From a virus (lineage: Duplodnaviria > Heunggongvirae > Uroviricota > Caudoviricetes), in IMG/VR virus record IMGVR_UViG_3300042339_000806: 64,000 nt of DNA. One strand, written 5' to 3'. Both the position numbers and the translations under genes were made by a program. The notes under the pieces are model-generated. The model had not been told where the DNA came from and ran no database searches. It was given only the letters and a program-made list of their open reading frames with translations. Shown here one piece after another: positions 16,517-26,413 of this stretch. The stretch's first letter is position 1. Each line of letters opens with the position of its first letter.

Positions 16517-16732
16517 ATGAATATAATATACTCATACAGTCCACAAAAGGTTAAAGAACCTCAATGGTATAAATTTTATAATACTGAAGAGTTTAACATA
16601 ACTACTCAGAGAGATTATACAGCAAGAGCTGCATCTAGGTTAGATCTAATACCAGAACCTAAATGTTTTACTCAAGAGTTTTTACGTAAACATGGAGACC
16701 ATAGTAATATGATGTTAAAAAAGAAAATATGA
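16517..16732 (+). CDS. hypothetical protein
   Basis: ORF, ATGA-overlapped with the next gene. Confidence 0.3.
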   Translation: MNIIYSYSPQKVKEPQWYKFYNTEEFNITTQRDYTARAASRLDLIPEPKCFTQEFLRKHGDHSNMMLKKKI

Positions 16733-17136
16733 AAGAGTTATTTTTATTAAGAGGATTACCTGGATCAGGTAAATCAACATTAGCAGAATCTTTAACAGGA
16801 GGATCTTTTTTTGAAGCAGATCTTTTTTTCTTAGATGAGAAAGGAGAGTATAGATTTGATGCTTCTAAATTAAAAGACGCTCATAAGTGGTGCCAAGATC
16901 GTGTAGAAGCTATTATGAAAGGATTTGGAGCACATATACACCCAGCAAACAGGATTGTAGTGTCGAATACATTCACTCAGGAATGGGAAATGCAACCATA
17001 CTTTGATCTAGCAGAAAAATACAGATACAGAGTTTATTCTTTGATTGTAGAAAATAGACATGGAGGAGTAAACGAGCATGGAGTCCCAGAAGAAAAATTA
17101 GTACAAATGAAAAATAGATTCGAAATAAAATTATAA
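16729..17136 (+). CDS. P-loop kinase, polynucleotide-kinase-like
   Basis: Walker A LRGLPGSGKSTLAESL in a 135-aa protein. Resembles the kinase domain of Pnk/Pnkp-type enzymes. Confidence 0.55.
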   Translation: MKELFLLRGLPGSGKSTLAESLTGGSFFEADLFFLDEKGEYRFDASKLKDAHKWCQDRVEAIMKGFGAHIHPANRIVVSNTFTQEWEMQPYFDLAEKYRYRVYSLIVENRHGGVNEHGVPEEKLVQMKNRFEIKL

Positions 17137-17235
17137 GAAATGGAATTTTGGAAAGTATGGTTAATAGTAGTGTCTTTATGGTACATAGGTTTTAAATTGC
17201 ATGATATTTTAAATGAACTTAAAAAGAAATAAAAA

Positions 17236-18363
17236 ATGGAAAATCAAAATAGTGTTTGCTTTGTAGCAACAATCAAAGAAGTAAAAGCAATCGAAGGAGC
17301 TGACAACATCGAACAAGTAGTTGTTGGAGGATGGAATGCTATTACCAAAAAAGGTGAATTTAAAGAAGGTGACTTAACAGTTATTGCAACTACGGATGCA
17401 GTAATTCCAGAAGCATTTTCTGAAAAAATGGGAGTTACTTCTTATCTAAGAAAAGGAGGTAGAGTAAGAACTGTAAAATTAAGAGGAGTTTATTCTGAAT
17501 GTCTAATCATTCCAACCAAATACATTCCAGGATATGGAGACAGATACCAAGATGGAGATGACATGATGGAAAAATTTGGTATTGTAAAATACGAACCACC
17601 AGTTAAGCAAATTCAACTTGCTTCAGGTAGAAAAATTAAATGGAGAGACAATCAAAACTTCCATATCTACTACAAATTCCCAAACCTTAAAAACGTAGCA
17701 GGAATGTTTACTGAAGAAGATTTAGTAGAAATTACTAGAAAGGTTCACGGTACAAATGCTAGATACGGTATTGTAAAGAAAGGTAAATTATCATTCTGGG
17801 ATAAAGTAAAAAAATTCTTTAGACTAGCTGATGAATGGATTGACTATGAATACATTTATGGATCTCATAACTGTGAAAAAGGAAGTGACTCTCAAGGATT
17901 CTATTCAACTGATGTTTGGAGAACAATCGCTGAAAAGTATAACATCAAAGAAAAACTTTGGAGTTATATTAAAAACAGAAATATTGAAATAGGTGAAGGT
18001 ATTATCCTATACGGAGAGATTTACGGAGCAGGTATTCAGAAAAACTATGACTATGGTTTGACTGATATTGAGTTTGCAGGGTTTGATGTGAAACTTAAAG
18101 GAGAATACGTAAGTACATATGATGCTTGGGTTTTAATTGAAAACCATTTAAAATTACCTTATGTAGAGGTTTTACATTATGGGGATTGGACACAAGAAAT
18201 CCAAGATAAATTTACATTCAACAACTTCATTGAAGGAACTAAAGTACCACATGAAGGAATTGTAATTAAATACTTCACCGGTGAACGTCAAAAGGTAGCA
18301 AAGGTAATCAATCCAGACTATTTGATCTACGGAGAGAAGAATGATGTAGGAGATTCTCACTAA
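17236..18363 (+). CDS. ATP-dependent RNA ligase, Rnl2-like nucleotidyltransferase
   Basis: Motif I KVHGTNARY (KxHGxN as in T4 Rnl2), EGIILYGEIYGAG (motif IV-like), KVAKVINP (motif V K-x-K). An ~120-aa N-terminal extra domain is present. Confidence 0.55.
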   Translation: MENQNSVCFVATIKEVKAIEGADNIEQVVVGGWNAITKKGEFKEGDLTVIATTDAVIPEAFSEKMGVTSYLRKGGRVRTVKLRGVYSECLIIPTKYIPGYGDRYQDGDDMMEKFGIVKYEPPVKQIQLASGRKIKWRDNQNFHIYYKFPNLKNVAGMFTEEDLVEITRKVHGTNARYGIVKKGKLSFWDKVKKFFRLADEWIDYEYIYGSHNCEKGSDSQGFYSTDVWRTIAEKYNIKEKLWSYIKNRNIEIGEGIILYGEIYGAGIQKNYDYGLTDIEFAGFDVKLKGEYVSTYDAWVLIENHLKLPYVEVLHYGDWTQEIQDKFTFNNFIEGTKVPHEGIVIKYFTGERQKVAKVINPDYLIYGEKNDVGDSH

Positions 18364-18375
18364 AATAATTGTTAA

Positions 18376-18401
18376 AAGAGTTGCTAGTTCAACTCTTTTT
18401 T
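18376..18401 (+). terminator. rho-independent terminator
   Basis: Stem agagttg/caactct followed by TTTTTT. Immediately followed by promoter 18381-18417. Confidence 0.55.
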
Positions 18402-18436
18402 CATATATTTAGGTATAATAATTAAACAAAAAGGTT

Positions 18437-18997
18437 ATGTATTACAAATTTAATGAACAGACACTGTTACCAGAAAAAGTTAAATTGACCAACAAGTCAT
18501 TACTAGGATTCGGAGCAGCAGTAGGATTACTATTAGTATTTGGATTTACATCTAATCCAGCTAATGAAGTACAGAATCTTTCTCAGGAAGAGAAATTGAT
18601 TGTAGTTAGAGAATATAACGAGTTTAGTGAGACTAAACTAATTGAAAAGATTACAGAGTTAAATTTTAAGTATCCTTATATTATTTTAGCACAAGCTAAA
18701 TTAGAATCAGGGCATTTTAAATCAACTATCTTTCTAGAGAACAATAACATGTTCGGTATGAAAGAAGCTAAGTTAAGAGCTAATTTAGCAAAAGGAACAA
18801 ATAGAGGTCATGCCTATTATGAAACATGGCAAGAATCAGTTATCGATTATGCTTTATACTATTCATCTTACTTAAGAAGTATTAAAACTGAAGGAGAGTA
18901 TTTTGAATACTTAAGACAGAATTATGCTGAGGATTTAACTTACGTTCAGAGATTAAAAGAGATAATTAAAAAAGAAGAATTAAAAAATAAATTCTAG
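18437..18997 (+). CDS. membrane-anchored peptidoglycan hydrolase, FlgJ-type glucosaminidase domain
   Basis: N-terminal TM (LLGFGAAVGLLLVFGF). YIILAQAKLESGHFKSTIFLENNNMFGMK matches the glucosaminidase (PF01832) signature AQAxLESGWG...NNLFGIK. Confidence 0.6.
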   Translation: MYYKFNEQTLLPEKVKLTNKSLLGFGAAVGLLLVFGFTSNPANEVQNLSQEEKLIVVREYNEFSETKLIEKITELNFKYPYIILAQAKLESGHFKSTIFLENNNMFGMKEAKLRANLAKGTNRGHAYYETWQESVIDYALYYSSYLRSIKTEGEYFEYLRQNYAEDLTYVQRLKEIIKKEELKNKF

Positions 18998-18998
18998 T

Positions 18999-19616
18999 AT
19001 GGAAGATTTTTTTGAAGATTTAAAAAACCAACCAAGACCAAACTTCTTTAGAAGAATATGGCTGTGGTGGGAGCATGACGGAAAGTATTATCACAAATAC
19101 TTCATACAAGGAGTAAAGAACATTGTCTATTGGTTTCCAATCATCTGGAAAGACAGAAATTGGGATGGACATTACATCTATGAAATAATGAAGCATAAAT
19201 TGAAAGCTCAAGCCAATTATATCGGTAGAAGAGATTTTCATACAAGAGCACAACAAGACGCTCGTAGAATGAGACTATGTGTTAAATTAATTAAAGCATG
19301 TCAGGAAGAGCCTTACTCAATGGAGTATATGGATTACCATAAAGACAGAGTTTGGTTTACTGATTGTGAAGACAGACCAGGATCATCTTTATATAATTCA
19401 GAAGAGGTATGGGAAAATTATGATGAGTTCTTTAAAAAGTATCCTTTAGTTTATAAAAGAGTATTAAAAGGTGAAGGGCCATTTACTCTAGATGGTAGAG
19501 ATGAATCTGAAATGAAAAGAATCATTGCAATGAGCATTGCACATATAAATCAAGATAGGGCAAGAAAATTGCTATTTAAAATAATGGAAGAAAATATTGA
19601 AGGATGGTGGGATTAG
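18999..19616 (+). CDS. hypothetical protein
   Basis: ORF only. Confidence 0.35.
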   Translation: MEDFFEDLKNQPRPNFFRRIWLWWEHDGKYYHKYFIQGVKNIVYWFPIIWKDRNWDGHYIYEIMKHKLKAQANYIGRRDFHTRAQQDARRMRLCVKLIKACQEEPYSMEYMDYHKDRVWFTDCEDRPGSSLYNSEEVWENYDEFFKKYPLVYKRVLKGEGPFTLDGRDESEMKRIIAMSIAHINQDRARKLLFKIMEENIEGWWD

Positions 19617-19742
19617 TAATAGTATCAGTAGTAGCAGCAGCTTTTATAATAGCAGTAGGACTGTGGGTAGAAGGAATTGATTACATGAATACAAATCATC
19701 CAGACTACAAAGGAGAAGATTTATTTAACGAAGAAAAAGAAG

Positions 19743-20153
19743 ATGCTAAGACATAGAATATACTTAGACGACGTAAGAACACCAGTTGATCCAACTTGGA
19801 TCGTGGTAAGAAATTACGAAGAGTTTGTACAAAAGGTACAAGACTTAGGACTGGAAAACATTGATATAATTTCATTAGATCACGATTTAGGACCTTCGGC
19901 AATGGCTGAATGGCACTCAAACGTGTATCACAATTATGAATTAAATTATGATAACATTGAAGAGAAAACTGGAATGGATTGCACTAAATGGCTGGTGGAT
20001 AAATGGTTGGACGGAGCTCCTGTTGTTGATGTTGTAATACATTCTGCAAATGCTGTGGGGAGTGCTAACATGATGGGGTACATAAACAACTACAGACATA
20101 TCCACAGATTACCTCAGAATTGTGTAAGAGTACAAATTGAACATACAGTATAA
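19743..20153 (+). CDS. hypothetical protein
   Basis: ORF only. Confidence 0.35.
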   Translation: MLRHRIYLDDVRTPVDPTWIVVRNYEEFVQKVQDLGLENIDIISLDHDLGPSAMAEWHSNVYHNYELNYDNIEEKTGMDCTKWLVDKWLDGAPVVDVVIHSANAVGSANMMGYINNYRHIHRLPQNCVRVQIEHTV

Positions 20154-20156
20154 GTT

Positions 20157-20513
20157 ATGATAGGAGGAGCACAACCAAAAGTATTACTAACTCAAACTGA
20201 GGAAGGTACATTTGATCTAGATGAAGCATTTAAGTCCATATTTGGTAAAGAATTAAAACCAAACTACAAATTAGTAAGAGAAAGAGACGGTCTAACTAAA
20301 ACATCAGTAGGAGTAAAATGGTTAGAGTTTAACGAGGAAGGAAGGTATAAAGCAGACTTTGAAGACATTGCTGTTGGAAGAAGTTTATTAATGTCTCCAT
20401 TCGGACCTTCATTTACTTGGCAAACAACTCTAGTAACAGAGATTGTAGAGCAAAGAGAAGATTATATTAAATTTAATACAGAAAATAGTAACTACGAATT
20501 ATTTAAAATATAG
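20157..20513 (+). CDS. hypothetical protein
   Basis: ORF only. Confidence 0.35.
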   Translation: MIGGAQPKVLLTQTEEGTFDLDEAFKSIFGKELKPNYKLVRERDGLTKTSVGVKWLEFNEEGRYKADFEDIAVGRSLLMSPFGPSFTWQTTLVTEIVEQREDYIKFNTENSNYELFKI

Positions 20514-20516
20514 ATT

Positions 20517-20747
20517 ATGATTTGGATATTATTACTTTACGTTTTACCACTAGTACTTAGTATGTTAGTGGCATATTTCCTAATAAAAAAAGAAGGAGGG
20601 TCAGTAAAAGACTTTTTAGAACCACTTCCTTTTTTATTCATTCCTATAATGAACATTGCAGCCTTAGGAGCAGGGTTAGTTATTTTTATTGAGAAATTTT
20701 TAGAAGAAGATGAATCTTGGCAAAACTTTAAAAACAAAAAACTATAA
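20517..20747 (+). CDS. small membrane protein (2 TM)
   Basis: Two hydrophobic helices. Confidence 0.3.
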   Translation: MIWILLLYVLPLVLSMLVAYFLIKKEGGSVKDFLEPLPFLFIPIMNIAALGAGLVIFIEKFLEEDESWQNFKNKKL

Positions 20748-21463
20748 TGAGAATAACAGTACTATCAGACACACATACAAGACATGGATTGATTCCTATG
20801 GAAGATTTACCTGGAGGTGATCTTCTTATTCATGCTGGAGACATAATGAATTCAGGGTACAACAAGAACGACATCTGGGATTTCTGTCATTGGTTCCAAT
20901 CTCTAAAGCAATACCAAGACAAAGTATTCATAGCAGGTAACCACGATCGAATGTTTGAAAATCATCCTGAGGATGTAAAGGAATGGGTAGACAAGTTTGG
21001 AGATATAATCTATCTTCAAGATGATGACTTAGTACTATACGGAGATGGTCCAAATGGAGATTCTCCTCAAGACAATATTCGCATTTACGGATCACCTTGG
21101 CAACCGGAATTCTATTCTTGGGCATTCAATTTACCAAAAAATGGAATTGAAATAGCAGGTAAGTGGGAAGGTATTCCTGACAACACAGACATCTTGGTTA
21201 CACATGGTCCTTCATTTGGAACTCTAGATACAGTAGCAGGAAGACCTTGGGACGGATTAGGATGCGAATTGTTAGCTCAAAGAATTGAAATTATTAAACC
21301 AAAGATCCATGTATGTGGACATATTCATTCAGGATATGGTTATGAGTTTAAAAATGGTACTCACTTCTTTAATGCATCAGTATTGGATGAGGCTTACGAG
21401 TACACTCAAAAGCCAATGACGTTTGATTGGGACAAGGAAACAAATACAGTAAAATTTATTTAA
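20747..21463 (+). CDS. calcineurin-like metallophosphoesterase (second copy)
   Basis: VLSDTHTRHG, IHAGDIMNSG, AGNHD, THGPSFG, CGHIHSG metallophosphatase motifs. Confidence 0.65.
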   Translation: MRITVLSDTHTRHGLIPMEDLPGGDLLIHAGDIMNSGYNKNDIWDFCHWFQSLKQYQDKVFIAGNHDRMFENHPEDVKEWVDKFGDIIYLQDDDLVLYGDGPNGDSPQDNIRIYGSPWQPEFYSWAFNLPKNGIEIAGKWEGIPDNTDILVTHGPSFGTLDTVAGRPWDGLGCELLAQRIEIIKPKIHVCGHIHSGYGYEFKNGTHFFNASVLDEAYEYTQKPMTFDWDKETNTVKFI

Positions 21464-21471
21464 GAAAAGTT

Positions 21472-21490
21472 GGCTCTTCGGAGCCTTTTT
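21472..21490 (+). terminator. rho-independent terminator
   Basis: ggctc-ttcg-gagcc hairpin plus TTTTT. A promoter box TATCTTTAAGTATA follows at 21493. Confidence 0.55.
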
Positions 21491-21518
21491 CTTATCTTTA
21501 AGTATAATTAAAAAGGTT

Positions 21519-21755
21519 ATGGAAGATCAAGGTACATTATTAGAACAAGCATCATTTATATTCTCACAAGATGCTAATTGTTTATCAGACAGGGATGAGT
21601 ATGAATCTTTAGAGATAGAAGCACGTTCAAGTATAGGAATTGATAGAGACGAGGATTGTTTCTTTATACTAAAAACAGACAAATGGTCAGTAGGTTCAAT
21701 AGAGGAACTAGAAACATTATTTGATAGAATAAAACAAGTAGTAATTAAAAAATAA
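21519..21755 (+). CDS. hypothetical acidic protein
   Basis: ORF only. Confidence 0.3.
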   Translation: MEDQGTLLEQASFIFSQDANCLSDRDEYESLEIEARSSIGIDRDEDCFFILKTDKWSVGSIEELETLFDRIKQVVIKK

Positions 21756-21760
21756 AGGTT

Positions 21761-22108
21761 ATGATATTCAAAAGATTTTTCAAGTACACACCAACACAGC
21801 AAGAGCAACAATTCATAGATATTGTTACTAAATTATTAGCACATCCTAAAACATCTTTAAGGATGACACCTCTAACAGATAAGTATTTTCTTATCAATGA
21901 GCAGAAACATTACTATGTTTTGCTAAAAGAGAATGGAATTCAGATTACTAACTCTAAGTTTTCTTTTGCAAAGTCTTTGCATTCAAAAGCTTATGATATG
22001 ATCATAAAAATAATTCATGCTCACATGGAAGAGAATAGACAAGCCTTAGAAGACAAACTATTTGTAAATGAAACAAATATGCTGGATACAGTATTAACAA
22101 GCTTATAG
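21761..22108 (+). CDS. hypothetical protein
   Basis: ORF only. Confidence 0.3.
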   Translation: MIFKRFFKYTPTQQEQQFIDIVTKLLAHPKTSLRMTPLTDKYFLINEQKHYYVLLKENGIQITNSKFSFAKSLHSKAYDMIIKIIHAHMEENRQALEDKLFVNETNMLDTVLTSL

Positions 22109-22110
22109 TA

Positions 22111-22440
22111 ATGCAAAGACTTGAAAAATATTCTGAGAGATTTGATAATGATAAATCTCCAATAGGCAACTCAGATACTTGGGGTAAGAGGTTAGTTGAA
22201 GATAAAAATCCTTACATAGGATCATTTCTTCTTAAGAATGGATTTTCAAAAGATGTACTTGATAACAATGTATACCATAATCTAGAATGCATTATAACAG
22301 TTCTAGATGAATGCTATCAGATTGACTTTGATCATCCAGAGTATGGAGCTGTTTCAACCTACACAGACTCCTATTCAATTATACATTTAGTAGGAATTTT
22401 AACCTGGAATGATTTAATAGATAGAAATTATATAAAATGA
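22111..22440 (+). CDS. hypothetical protein
   Basis: ORF only. Confidence 0.3.
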   Translation: MQRLEKYSERFDNDKSPIGNSDTWGKRLVEDKNPYIGSFLLKNGFSKDVLDNNVYHNLECIITVLDECYQIDFDHPEYGAVSTYTDSYSIIHLVGILTWNDLIDRNYIK

Positions 22441-22655
22441 AAAAAACATTATTGACAGTGACGGTGAATGGAAATGAAATTGCATTTGTAAAAGATAGAG
22501 AACATTATTTTATTCATTGGGGAGAACAAGGAAAGCCTAGAGCAGTAAAGAAGATAACAACTCCAACTGGAAGAAAGCCTTCACAAAAATCAGCACACAG
22601 ACAGTTCCTAGAAGCAGTAAAAGCGACTAAAGTATTAAAATTCAGCAGACTATAA
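22437..22655 (+). CDS. hypothetical basic protein
   Basis: ATGA overlap with the upstream gene. Confidence 0.3.
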   Translation: MKKTLLTVTVNGNEIAFVKDREHYFIHWGEQGKPRAVKKITTPTGRKPSQKSAHRQFLEAVKATKVLKFSRL

Positions 22656-22849
22656 TGGCAGCACTAACAGATAATAAGTACGATGTATACAATTGGATAG
22701 AAAAAGTAATTGATTCTTGTACTACTTATTTTCATTTTAAGAGTGTAGATGCTCTTATAACAAACTTCGATAGAGTATATGATGATTGGGAATTAACAGG
22801 AAAATTATTAGTTTACTCAAGTCATAAATACTATAAAACAAAAAGATAA
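22655..22849 (+). CDS. hypothetical protein
   Basis: ORF only. Confidence 0.3.
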   Translation: MAALTDNKYDVYNWIEKVIDSCTTYFHFKSVDALITNFDRVYDDWELTGKLLVYSSHKYYKTKR

Positions 22850-23164
22850 ATGAGAGCACAGAAGATAAAAGTAAATAAGATTATCAAGGAGTATAAAGAA
22901 GCAACCAATAGAGAAATTTGGGAAGGAGTTAGAGATAATTTTACTTTTGGATTCATAGGAGCAACTCTAGTAGTATTCATTGCAACAAAGACAGACCTTG
23001 CAGTATTGCTAGGATATCTAGCCTACTACTTCTTTGTAGGTAAAATAGTTAACCGTCCAAAGTACGTAACAGATTTAGGAAAGCTAATAGTATTTCCATT
23101 CCCTTCAGCACTTGGAGCATTTACCGGGTATAAATTAAGTTACATTTTATTACAGTACATATGA
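22850..23164 (+). CDS. membrane protein
   Basis: 2-3 TM helices. Confidence 0.3.
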   Translation: MRAQKIKVNKIIKEYKEATNREIWEGVRDNFTFGFIGATLVVFIATKTDLAVLLGYLAYYFFVGKIVNRPKYVTDLGKLIVFPFPSALGAFTGYKLSYILLQYI

Positions 23165-23499
23165 ATTTTATAATAGGTTTTAGCTTTGGAGTACTAGCAC
23201 AAATACTTACATTTGTTCAACTACAGGGACAATTCAGATGGGAATGGTTCAAGCAACATCCATGGGCAGTTTCATTGATGGGAGTACCAATCTCATTTCT
23301 TTATATTATGTCTGTAAAGTATATGGTATCACATTTTGGAGGAGAGTTATGGCCTTCAAGACTAATGGGATTCTCAATCGGAGCAATAGTATTTAGTTAC
23401 ATGGCACATTTATGGTTTCAAGAACCATTCACCCTTAAGACACTTATATGTCTTGGATTAGCTTTTGCAATAATGATGGTTCAATTATTTTGGAAATGA
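23161..23499 (+). CDS. membrane protein
   Basis: 3 TM helices. Confidence 0.3.
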   Translation: MNFIIGFSFGVLAQILTFVQLQGQFRWEWFKQHPWAVSLMGVPISFLYIMSVKYMVSHFGGELWPSRLMGFSIGAIVFSYMAHLWFQEPFTLKTLICLGLAFAIMMVQLFWK

Positions 23500-23726
23500 T
23501 ACAACTTAAATCTACAGACAGAATACATGGAGTATATGAGGTGTATTTTAGTGAAAAAAGAATAGGTACCTTCCTTATACAGGAGGATGGATACTACGGA
23601 TTCTATACAGAAAGTGACTCTGGATACTGGAGTTCATATGCTTTAAGGCTTATAGCAGATAAGTTAGATGAAATGAATAAAAAGTGGGATGATCAAGTAA
23701 AAAAAGATATAGGTAATGGAAAGTAA
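23496..23726 (+). CDS. hypothetical protein (start trimmed to ATGA-overlap Met)
   Basis: Internal Met gives a classic ATGA junction with the upstream stop. Confidence 0.3.
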   Translation: MIQLKSTDRIHGVYEVYFSEKRIGTFLIQEDGYYGFYTESDSGYWSSYALRLIADKLDEMNKKWDDQVKKDIGNGK

Positions 23727-24165
23727 ATTAGAAACATGTCATCACTGCGGTGAAGAAAAAGAAAATTGCTATCACGGATTTATAACAATGTGTATCCCTA
23801 TTCCTGAAATGGAAGAAAAGATTAATAAGTGGAATCTGATTGATGCTTATAAAAGCTACGAAAAGGAATGGATGTTAGAAAATCCTCCATTTGCTGGTCC
23901 TTATACTGATACTTGCCTAACTCAGGAAGAATTTAATAGTAAAATAAAAACAGACTCAGAATTTTCACTGGAATGGTTTACCAATAAATGGTTTAACAAT
24001 TTAGAAAGAGAAGATCTTACTGAGGAAGAACTAGAAGAACTAGATAAGCTTTCTTTATATGATCAGATGTTAAACAGTATTGGAAGAGGAGTTCAATGTA
24101 ATGACTGCGGAAAGAAAGAATCAGAGCTTTATGAAAAATATTACCCAAAACATTTGGTACCTTAA
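23716..24165 (+). CDS. hypothetical Cys-containing protein (possible zinc ribbon)
   Basis: CHHCGEEKENCYH ... CNDCGKKE Cys pairs at both ends. Confidence 0.3.
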   Translation: MESKLETCHHCGEEKENCYHGFITMCIPIPEMEEKINKWNLIDAYKSYEKEWMLENPPFAGPYTDTCLTQEEFNSKIKTDSEFSLEWFTNKWFNNLEREDLTEEELEELDKLSLYDQMLNSIGRGVQCNDCGKKESELYEKYYPKHLVP

Positions 24166-24189
24166 AATAAATTTACTATATTAAAAACT

Positions 24190-25860
24190 ATGAATAATAA
24201 ATTTACATTCCACGTATTAGGACTTCCTCATACAATCACTAATAGAGAATTTGTAGCATGTGCTTATACACAAAAGGCTTGGAAATTCTGTAAGATGATG
24301 GGGGAAAGAGGGCATACTATCTACCATTACGGACATGAGGAGAGCGACGCTCCATATGCGGAAAACGTAACAGTTATCACCAATAAGGTATGGAAAAAAG
24401 TATACGGTACTCATGACTATAAATCTAAATTCTTTAAATATAATGTAGAGGATGAAGCCTATCAAACCTTCTATAAAAATGCTATAAAGGAAATAGGAAA
24501 GAGAAAACAGAAGAATGATTTCATTTTACCATTCTGGGGGTCAGGAGTAAGGCCGGTATGTGACGGACATCCAGATTTAATAACTGTTGAACCAGGAATA
24601 GGCTATGCAGGAGGGCATTGGGCAAATTGGAAAGTATTTGAATCTTATGCAATCTACCATGCATACTACGGACTGATGGGAGTGAATTATTGCGATATGA
24701 AAAACTACGAAGTAGTAATTCCAAACTACTTCGACCTCTCTGATTTTGAATTTAGCGATAAAAAAGAAGATTACTTTCTTTATTTAGGAAGAGTCTTTGA
24801 CGGAAAAGGAGTTAATATAGCAATCCAGGTTACTGAACACTTAGGGTATAAATTAAAGATAGCAGGACAGATTGACGCCGATGGACCTTATAAGGATGGA
24901 AAGTTTCCTCCTCATGTAGAGTTTGTAGGGTATGCTGGAACCGAAAAGAGAAAAGAACTGATGAAGAGTGCAAAAGGATGCTTCCTACCTTCACAATATG
25001 TTGAACCATTTGGAGGAGTTCAAATAGAAAATTTACTATCAGGAACACCAACAATTACCTCAGACTGGGGAGCCTTTGCAGAGAATAATATAAACGGAGT
25101 AACTGGTTACAGATGTAGAACGTTTGATGATTACTTGCAGGCAACTATAAAAATTAACAACGGAGAAATAGATTACAAGACTTGTAGAGAGTATGGAGAA
25201 AAGTTTTCATTAGAGAATGTAGCTCCTATGTACGAAAAATATTTTAAAGATATTTTAAATGTTTATGAAGGAGAAGGATGGTATCAAACAGATATTCCTA
25301 GAGGGAAGACTGATGCTTTCAATTATACAAATATGGAGGAAGAAGAAAAGCCATTTGCAGATAATCTAGCTAAGTGGATTAAAAAGTATTACAATCCTAA
25401 AAAAGTAGTCGATGTAGGTTGCGGGAGTGGGACTTATGTAAGGTCCTTAAGAAAAGAAAAAATTGATGCTATTGGGTACGATATTAACGATGTAGTAGAA
25501 GATCAGGACTTTCTCTTTAAAAAGAGTATCTTTGACCTAAACCATAAATCAGAACTAATTATCTGCCTGGAAGTAGCCGAGCACATAGAGACAGAACACA
25601 ACGACAGTATTGTTGAAAAGTTATACGAAAACCTTAAACCAGGAGGTACTTTAATCTTCACAGCAGCACATCCAGGACAGCAAGGAATAGGTCATATAAA
25701 CTGTCAAACAAAAGACTACTGGTGGGAGAAGTTTGCAGAAAAAGGATTAGTCCGAGATTTAAAAGCAGAGAAGGATTGGGAAGATTATTTTGATCAAGGA
25801 AGAGAGTACATGGGATGGTTCCGTATGAACAAGCTCTTTTTAACTAGAGTAGGATCATAA
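24190..25860 (+). CDS. bifunctional glycosyltransferase (GT-B/GT4-like) - class I SAM methyltransferase fusion
   Basis: N-terminal/central EPFGGVQIENLLSGTPTITSDWGAF resembles the GT4 E-x7-E/PVI region. C-terminal VVDVGCGSGTYV is SAM-MTase motif I, with DAIGYDIN / LIICLEV motifs II/III. Confidence 0.5.
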   Translation: MNNKFTFHVLGLPHTITNREFVACAYTQKAWKFCKMMGERGHTIYHYGHEESDAPYAENVTVITNKVWKKVYGTHDYKSKFFKYNVEDEAYQTFYKNAIKEIGKRKQKNDFILPFWGSGVRPVCDGHPDLITVEPGIGYAGGHWANWKVFESYAIYHAYYGLMGVNYCDMKNYEVVIPNYFDLSDFEFSDKKEDYFLYLGRVFDGKGVNIAIQVTEHLGYKLKIAGQIDADGPYKDGKFPPHVEFVGYAGTEKRKELMKSAKGCFLPSQYVEPFGGVQIENLLSGTPTITSDWGAFAENNINGVTGYRCRTFDDYLQATIKINNGEIDYKTCREYGEKFSLENVAPMYEKYFKDILNVYEGEGWYQTDIPRGKTDAFNYTNMEEEEKPFADNLAKWIKKYYNPKKVVDVGCGSGTYVRSLRKEKIDAIGYDINDVVEDQDFLFKKSIFDLNHKSELIICLEVAEHIETEHNDSIVEKLYENLKPGGTLIFTAAHPGQQGIGHINCQTKDYWWEKFAEKGLVRDLKAEKDWEDYFDQGREYMGWFRMNKLFLTRVGS

Positions 25861-25927
25861 AAAGATATTTCTTATATTTATTAACATATAACAACAGTGT
25901 CGTAGCACCACTTTAAAAACACACCTT

Positions 25928-26251
25928 ATGGCAACATATTTTAAGAAGCCTTCCATAGAGAAAGCAGAACAATCGGTTATAATGGATAGAGTTCTAGAAC
26001 AAAAAAAGAAAGAACTCTCACCAGGAGATTTCAAAACCTATGCAAACTTTACTACTCAGCAAGAACTGCTTGAAGAAGCAACTAGAAGAAATCTATTAGC
26101 AATTCCAGATCCAAAACTACATCAACAAATTTCATTTATCAAATCCGGTATAAGAATACTTGGATACTTTCTATTACCTTTTAATCTTTTATTAGGAGCT
26201 GGAGTATTAATTTTAAGTGAAATAGTTGGAATTTACGAAGAATTAGTTTAA
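25928..26251 (+). CDS. hypothetical protein with C-terminal TM
   Basis: ORF only. Confidence 0.3.
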   Translation: MATYFKKPSIEKAEQSVIMDRVLEQKKKELSPGDFKTYANFTTQQELLEEATRRNLLAIPDPKLHQQISFIKSGIRILGYFLLPFNLLLGAGVLILSEIVGIYEELV

Positions 26252-26413
26252 ATTAGAGTTATGAGAGAGGTGAACGATCACGTAAAAGAAGCTTTAGGTA
26301 TAAAGCCTAAGAAGAGATTTAAGAAAGACTACACAAAAGCATTTGTATGGATAGGGCTTGCTCTAATCACAATTGCTATATGGACAACAATTTACAATTT
26401 AATATTTTAACAA

